Shown here: piece after piece, positions 60,298 through 64,000 of the stretch
Position numbering within the stretch: the stretch's first letter is position 1
Layout: each line of letters opens with the position of its first letter
Origin: Croceivirga sp.
GTDB taxonomy: Bacteria; Bacteroidota; Bacteroidia; Flavobacteriales; Flavobacteriaceae
Direction: 5' to 3'
Length of the DNA stretch: 64,000 nucleotides
Assembly (NCBI GenBank): GCA_965230555.1
Contig: OZ246014.1
Coordinates: 3,091,119-3,155,118 of the forward strand
Notes under the pieces: generated by a model
Told to the model about the DNA's origin: nothing
Databases searched by the model: none
The model's input: only the letters and a program-made list of their open reading frames with translations
Translations under genes and position numbers: made by a program

Positions 60298-61974
60298 CTA
60301 TTTGTTCACTAGCTGGCCAATCTTAATATTAGGATGCAGGTACACGGCCAACAACAGTATTACACCCCCAATAGAGGCTACCAGCATCTTTGCATTATTT
60401 GAATAAAGTCCCAAGACCACGATCATGGCCCCAATAACCAATAAGGTTGTGGAAAGCACCTTGAGCCCAAACGTATTTTGTTCCGATCCATCGGTTTGCT
60501 CTGCATCCAGGGACGTTGTAGGTGTTTTTTGTGTTTTTAGATAAGCATCATATTGTGCGCTAGTGCTTCCTTTAAAGGATAACACAAACTCGTACAATGC
60601 CAACAACAGGAAGGGGATCAAAGCCCCGGCCAACATTTCCTGGCCCCTGTTCAGCGAGAAATCCAACATTGTGGGGGTAACGAACTTAAATGCCAAATTG
60701 ATCAACAAACTAATGATCGTGACCTGCAATATGGATCGGCCTGTCTGTCTTTTGGAAAACAAGGCCCATATTGGCGGACCGTATAGGGAACAACCTGTTA
60801 CCGCACCAACACTTAGCACCACTTCCACAATCCCCCCTACAGAGGGGACCATCAATGCGACCATAATGGTTCCGATACCAAAGACCAAGGTAGATATCCT
60901 GGCCACGCGCATAGTGGCCTTTAAAGAAGCCTTGGGTCTAAAGATTTTATAGATATCATTGGTGAAGACAGCTGCCGAAAGGTTTAAGGTTGTATTGACC
61001 GAACTGGCCGTGGCAAAGATCATGCCCCCGAGCATAAGCCCCAACATTCCAAGGGGCAACACTTCCTTACAGACAAGAAGATAGGCCCCTTCGTTGTCCA
61101 GCCCTCCTACCAAATCTCCGTTCATGATACGGTACAACATGGGGGGGAGCATCCATATGATGGGACTGATCAGATACAAGCCCGTAAACAGATACCCTAC
61201 CTTACTGGCCGATCGTACATTTTTAACGCTCGTATATCTTTGGACATAGGCCCAATTTCCCCCGATAAAGATTCCATTGTAGATGGCAAAAGCAAGGAGA
61301 AACCAATGATTGTATTCCGTGGTGGTCCAGTCGAAAAAGTCTTTGGGGGCCGAGCTGACAAAATGTTCCAGCCCACCTACCTTGTCTATGGCCAAGGGCA
61401 CTACGATCAAGACTGCCGCCGTAAGGATGACAAATTGAAGTACATCGGTGACAATGACGGCCCATAGCCCGCCCACGGCCGTATAGACCATGATCAACAC
61501 CCCTAACAAGATCACACAGGCCTCAATGGAAAAACCCGTGGAAACATTGACCAATTTGGCCACGGGATATAAAAAAGCGCCCGTATATGCCAAGGAGATA
61601 AACAGCACCAGATAGGTATAGAATTGCTGGGCCCTGTTCCCCAAACGGTTTCGGATAAACTCGGCCGCGGTCAAGACATTGGTCTTTCGCCATCGCGGTG
61701 CAATAATGGCCCCCACAAAAAAACCGCCCAGACACATCATGAGCTGAATGGAAATGGACACCAATCCGTACTCGTAGGCAATGGATCCCCATACCACAAA
61801 TGTCCCGGCAGAGAAAAAGCTCATGAACAGGGACAAGCCGTTTATGGGCCATGGAACCGCCCCACCAGCCGCAAAAAAGGATTTCATGTCGGACCCACGT
61901 TTACGAAAAGACAATCCCGCAAACAGCACAACAATACTAAACAGTAGAATGATGATGTAATCTAAATTTGGCAT
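60298..61974 (-). CDS. Sodium:solute symporter (SSS) family transporter
   Basis: 558 aa, about 13-14 TM, N-terminal FFAAGGAVPW-type motif. Confidence 0.8.
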   Translation of the reverse strand: MPNLDYIIILLFSIVVLFAGLSFRKRGSDMKSFFAAGGAVPWPINGLSLFMSFFSAGTFVVWGSIAYEYGLVSISIQLMMCLGGFFVGAIIAPRWRKTNVLTAAEFIRNRLGNRAQQFYTYLVLFISLAYTGAFLYPVAKLVNVSTGFSIEACVILLGVLIMVYTAVGGLWAVIVTDVLQFVILTAAVLIVVPLAIDKVGGLEHFVSSAPKDFFDWTTTEYNHWFLLAFAIYNGIFIGGNWAYVQRYTSVKNVRSASKVGYLFTGLYLISPIIWMLPPMLYRIMNGDLVGGLDNEGAYLLVCKEVLPLGMLGLMLGGMIFATASSVNTTLNLSAAVFTNDIYKIFRPKASLKATMRVARISTLVFGIGTIMVALMVPSVGGIVEVVLSVGAVTGCSLYGPPIWALFSKRQTGRSILQVTIISLLINLAFKFVTPTMLDFSLNRGQEMLAGALIPFLLLALYEFVLSFKGSTSAQYDAYLKTQKTPTTSLDAEQTDGSEQNTFGLKVLSTTLLVIGAMIVVLGLYSNNAKMLVASIGGVILLLAVYLHPNIKIGQLVNK

Positions 61975-62071
61975 AAGAGAATGAATCGTTACAGAAAGAC
62001 CCGTTTTACCGGGTCTTTCGCTCTACATTGATAAGAAACTAAATAACTAAACTCAAAACAATTTATACTTT

Positions 62072-63751
62072 TTAATATCCAGGATTTTGTTCCAGATTTG
62101 GATTGACATCCATCTCGCTTTGGGGTATTGGCCATAGGTAATCCCTTGCTGGATTAAAGGCCCTTACTTCCAACCTATCCGTAAACAGGCTTTCATCGGC
62201 GTACTGGACATGTCCTGTTACATCGTCAATGTCTGGAACGGGAGGCGCCAGATAGAACGAGGCATCATTAGGTCTGCCCAAGAGCTTACCCGGAATAACG
62301 TTTTCTGCAATGCTCCATCTTCTTATATCAAACAAGCGCAGGCCTTCCCCGGCAAATTCCACTTTACGTTCCCGTCTCACTATTCGCAAGAGTTCTGCTT
62401 TATCCGTTGTGGTAACGGCAGGCATGCCAACACTGGGCCTTGTCCGTACTTGGTTGATGGCATCTAGGACCGTTGCATCAATATCATTGGCTTCAATTTT
62501 GGCTTCTGCATAATTGAGCAACACCTCGGCATAGCGCATCAGGATCATGTCTATTTCAATTTTTTGAAGGTTATCCGGTTTCTCTTCATCTTGGTATTTT
62601 TTCCAGAGGAATCCGGTGAACGTAGCAAATGAATTGGTCACCTCAAGGTTTTTGATTTCCTTGTTGCTGTTAAAATCCGTCACCTTGGTGCTATCCGGGT
62701 TGACTTCAAATTGAATTCCAATCCAACTATCGCCAGGCGTTAAAATGGACTGGCGCAATCTAGGGTCCCTATTTTCATAAGGGTTTACCGGATCATAAGT
62801 GGGATCTTCATCTATGGGCAATCCATTAATGGTCTCATAAGAATCTACAAGATCCCTTGTGGGAATCAATACAGACCATCCACCAGATCTACGGCTTCCC
62901 ATAACGCGATGGGTGCCATGGGTAAAGTCTGGGTTCACATAGCCTGCACTAAGGATTACTTCGTCATTTCCTTCACCAGCGGTAGTGAACAGGTCACGAT
63001 AGTCATTATACAGACTGTAAACCCCTGAGGTCATGACCTGGTTGGCCGCTGTGGAAGCCATGGCATACTCCCCGTTGTACAGGGCTATCCTAGACTTTAG
63101 GGCCAAGGCCGCCCCTCGGGTGGCCCTTCCCTGATCATCCCCGGTATAGGTTTCCGGCAACTTGGAAGCTGCCAAGTCCAATTCCGAATAGATAAAACTT
63201 ACCACTTCACTCTTTGGGGTTTTGGCCACAAAGGCCTCGTCTGCTGACAACAAGCTCGTGACCAAGGGCACATCTCCGTACAACTCCACCAAATAGGCAT
63301 AGTAATAGGCCCTTAAAAACCTAGCTTCACCTTCTATACGATCAAAAAGCTCTGGACTTGCCACCTCTTGGGCAAGGTTCATATTGTCCAACAAATTGTT
63401 GCACTTACTAATCCCCTTATAACACTCCGTCCAAAACTTTTTGGCTGCCGACACTGTTGGGTCGGCGGATCCGTTGGCCAAGTTCTTTAAACTACTCCCA
63501 CTTCTATACCATGCCACATCAGACGCTACATCCAGCATAAGATTATTGGGTACTCCCCCTCCCAAGCCTTCCGCTTTGAACGATATATTTTTGTAGGCGG
63601 AATTAACAGCCAGAATCAATTCTGCTTCCGAATCATAAAAGGTAGCGGAACTGGGTTGATCCAAGGGAGCCCTATCCAAAAAGTCATCACTACAGGCATA
63701 GCCAACAAGAAGCAGTGATACCAACGCAAAGATTTTATTTAATTTTCTCAT
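62072..63751 (-). CDS. SusD/RagB-family nutrient-binding lipoprotein
   Basis: Lipobox VGYACSDDF; RAYYYAYLVELYGDVP, MRYAEVLLNYAEA, ERKVEFAGEGLRLFDIRRW blocks. Start set to MRKLNK. Confidence 0.9.
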   Translation of the reverse strand: MRKLNKIFALVSLLLVGYACSDDFLDRAPLDQPSSATFYDSEAELILAVNSAYKNISFKAEGLGGGVPNNLMLDVASDVAWYRSGSSLKNLANGSADPTVSAAKKFWTECYKGISKCNNLLDNMNLAQEVASPELFDRIEGEARFLRAYYYAYLVELYGDVPLVTSLLSADEAFVAKTPKSEVVSFIYSELDLAASKLPETYTGDDQGRATRGAALALKSRIALYNGEYAMASTAANQVMTSGVYSLYNDYRDLFTTAGEGNDEVILSAGYVNPDFTHGTHRVMGSRRSGGWSVLIPTRDLVDSYETINGLPIDEDPTYDPVNPYENRDPRLRQSILTPGDSWIGIQFEVNPDSTKVTDFNSNKEIKNLEVTNSFATFTGFLWKKYQDEEKPDNLQKIEIDMILMRYAEVLLNYAEAKIEANDIDATVLDAINQVRTRPSVGMPAVTTTDKAELLRIVRRERKVEFAGEGLRLFDIRRWSIAENVIPGKLLGRPNDASFYLAPPVPDIDDVTGHVQYADESLFTDRLEVRAFNPARDYLWPIPQSEMDVNPNLEQNPGY

Positions 63752-63773
63752 TTTTTCACTTTTAGTTACTTGT

Positions 63774-64000
63774 TTAGAATGAGGCATTTACGCCCAATGT
63801 ATATACCGAAACCTGCGGATAATAGTCGGCATTGCCCAAAGGTGCTTCAGGGTCATACCCTTCCATATCATCAAAGGAAAGGACGTTTTGTCCTGTCACA
63901 AACAATCGCAAACTTTGCAAAAAGGTCTTTTCCATGACTTTCCTTGGAAAATCATAGGACAAACTAACATTCTTTAATTTTAGGAATGAGGCATCGGTCA
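63774..64000 (-). CDS. SusC-family TonB-dependent transporter, C-terminal end (continues beyond the window)
   Basis: The reading frame is open to the window edge and ends ...YYPQVSVYTLGVNASF (typical SusC terminus). It lies immediately upstream of susD. Confidence 0.8.
   Translation of the reverse strand, partial: TDASFLKLKNVSLSYDFPRKVMEKTFLQSLRLFVTGQNVLSFDDMEGYDPEAPLGNADYYPQVSVYTLGVNASF

Overview
This 64-kb chromosomal window reads like a marine Flavobacteriaceae (Bacteroidota) genome. It has two SusC/SusD pairs, exact TAnnTTTG -7 promoter boxes in front of several genes, glutamine synthetase types III and II, and many lipoproteins and outer-membrane (OM) barrels ending in Phe. I call about 60 protein genes, one tRNA-Arg(ACG), several hairpin terminators and three repeat families. 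I see no rRNA, CRISPR array, transposase, integrase or phage genes. Most genes are housekeeping (dnaJ-grpE, ilvE, purU, purM, pyrF, prfA, apt, crcB, glnK-amt, GSIII/GSII). The stand-out is a six-gene curli-type functional-amyloid secretion operon at 39.8-45.7 kb: csgA-like, csgB-like, csgE, csgF, csgG plus a TolB-like lipoprotein, with unusual domain fusions. It sits on a 6.3-kb segment bracketed by 45-bp direct repeats that duplicate the 3' end of the adjacent DUF1080 gene, which looks like an island insertion without an integrase. The second notable locus is a tightly coupled extracytoplasmic Rieske / thioredoxin / ApbE / DUF4266 / DUF3570 operon of unknown function, interrupted by a duplicated 64-bp hairpin repeat. 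Other observations: a G/T-rich TTGGGTT repeat family (a 61-bp G-quadruplex-capable array, and the flanks of a four-helix-bundle gene wedged between prfA and pyrF); a sigma-54 activator with no DNA-binding domain; candidate shared operators in two nitrogen-assimilation loci; and a 0.7-kb gene-poor region with a GCCCAAAAA motif cluster. Caveat: in at least two stretches (about 24541-24600 and 48181-51540) the printed numbering and the ORF track disagree by 1 nt, so hand-derived coordinates of non-ORF features are +/-1-2 nt. All family assignments are by-eye motif recognition, not database searches.
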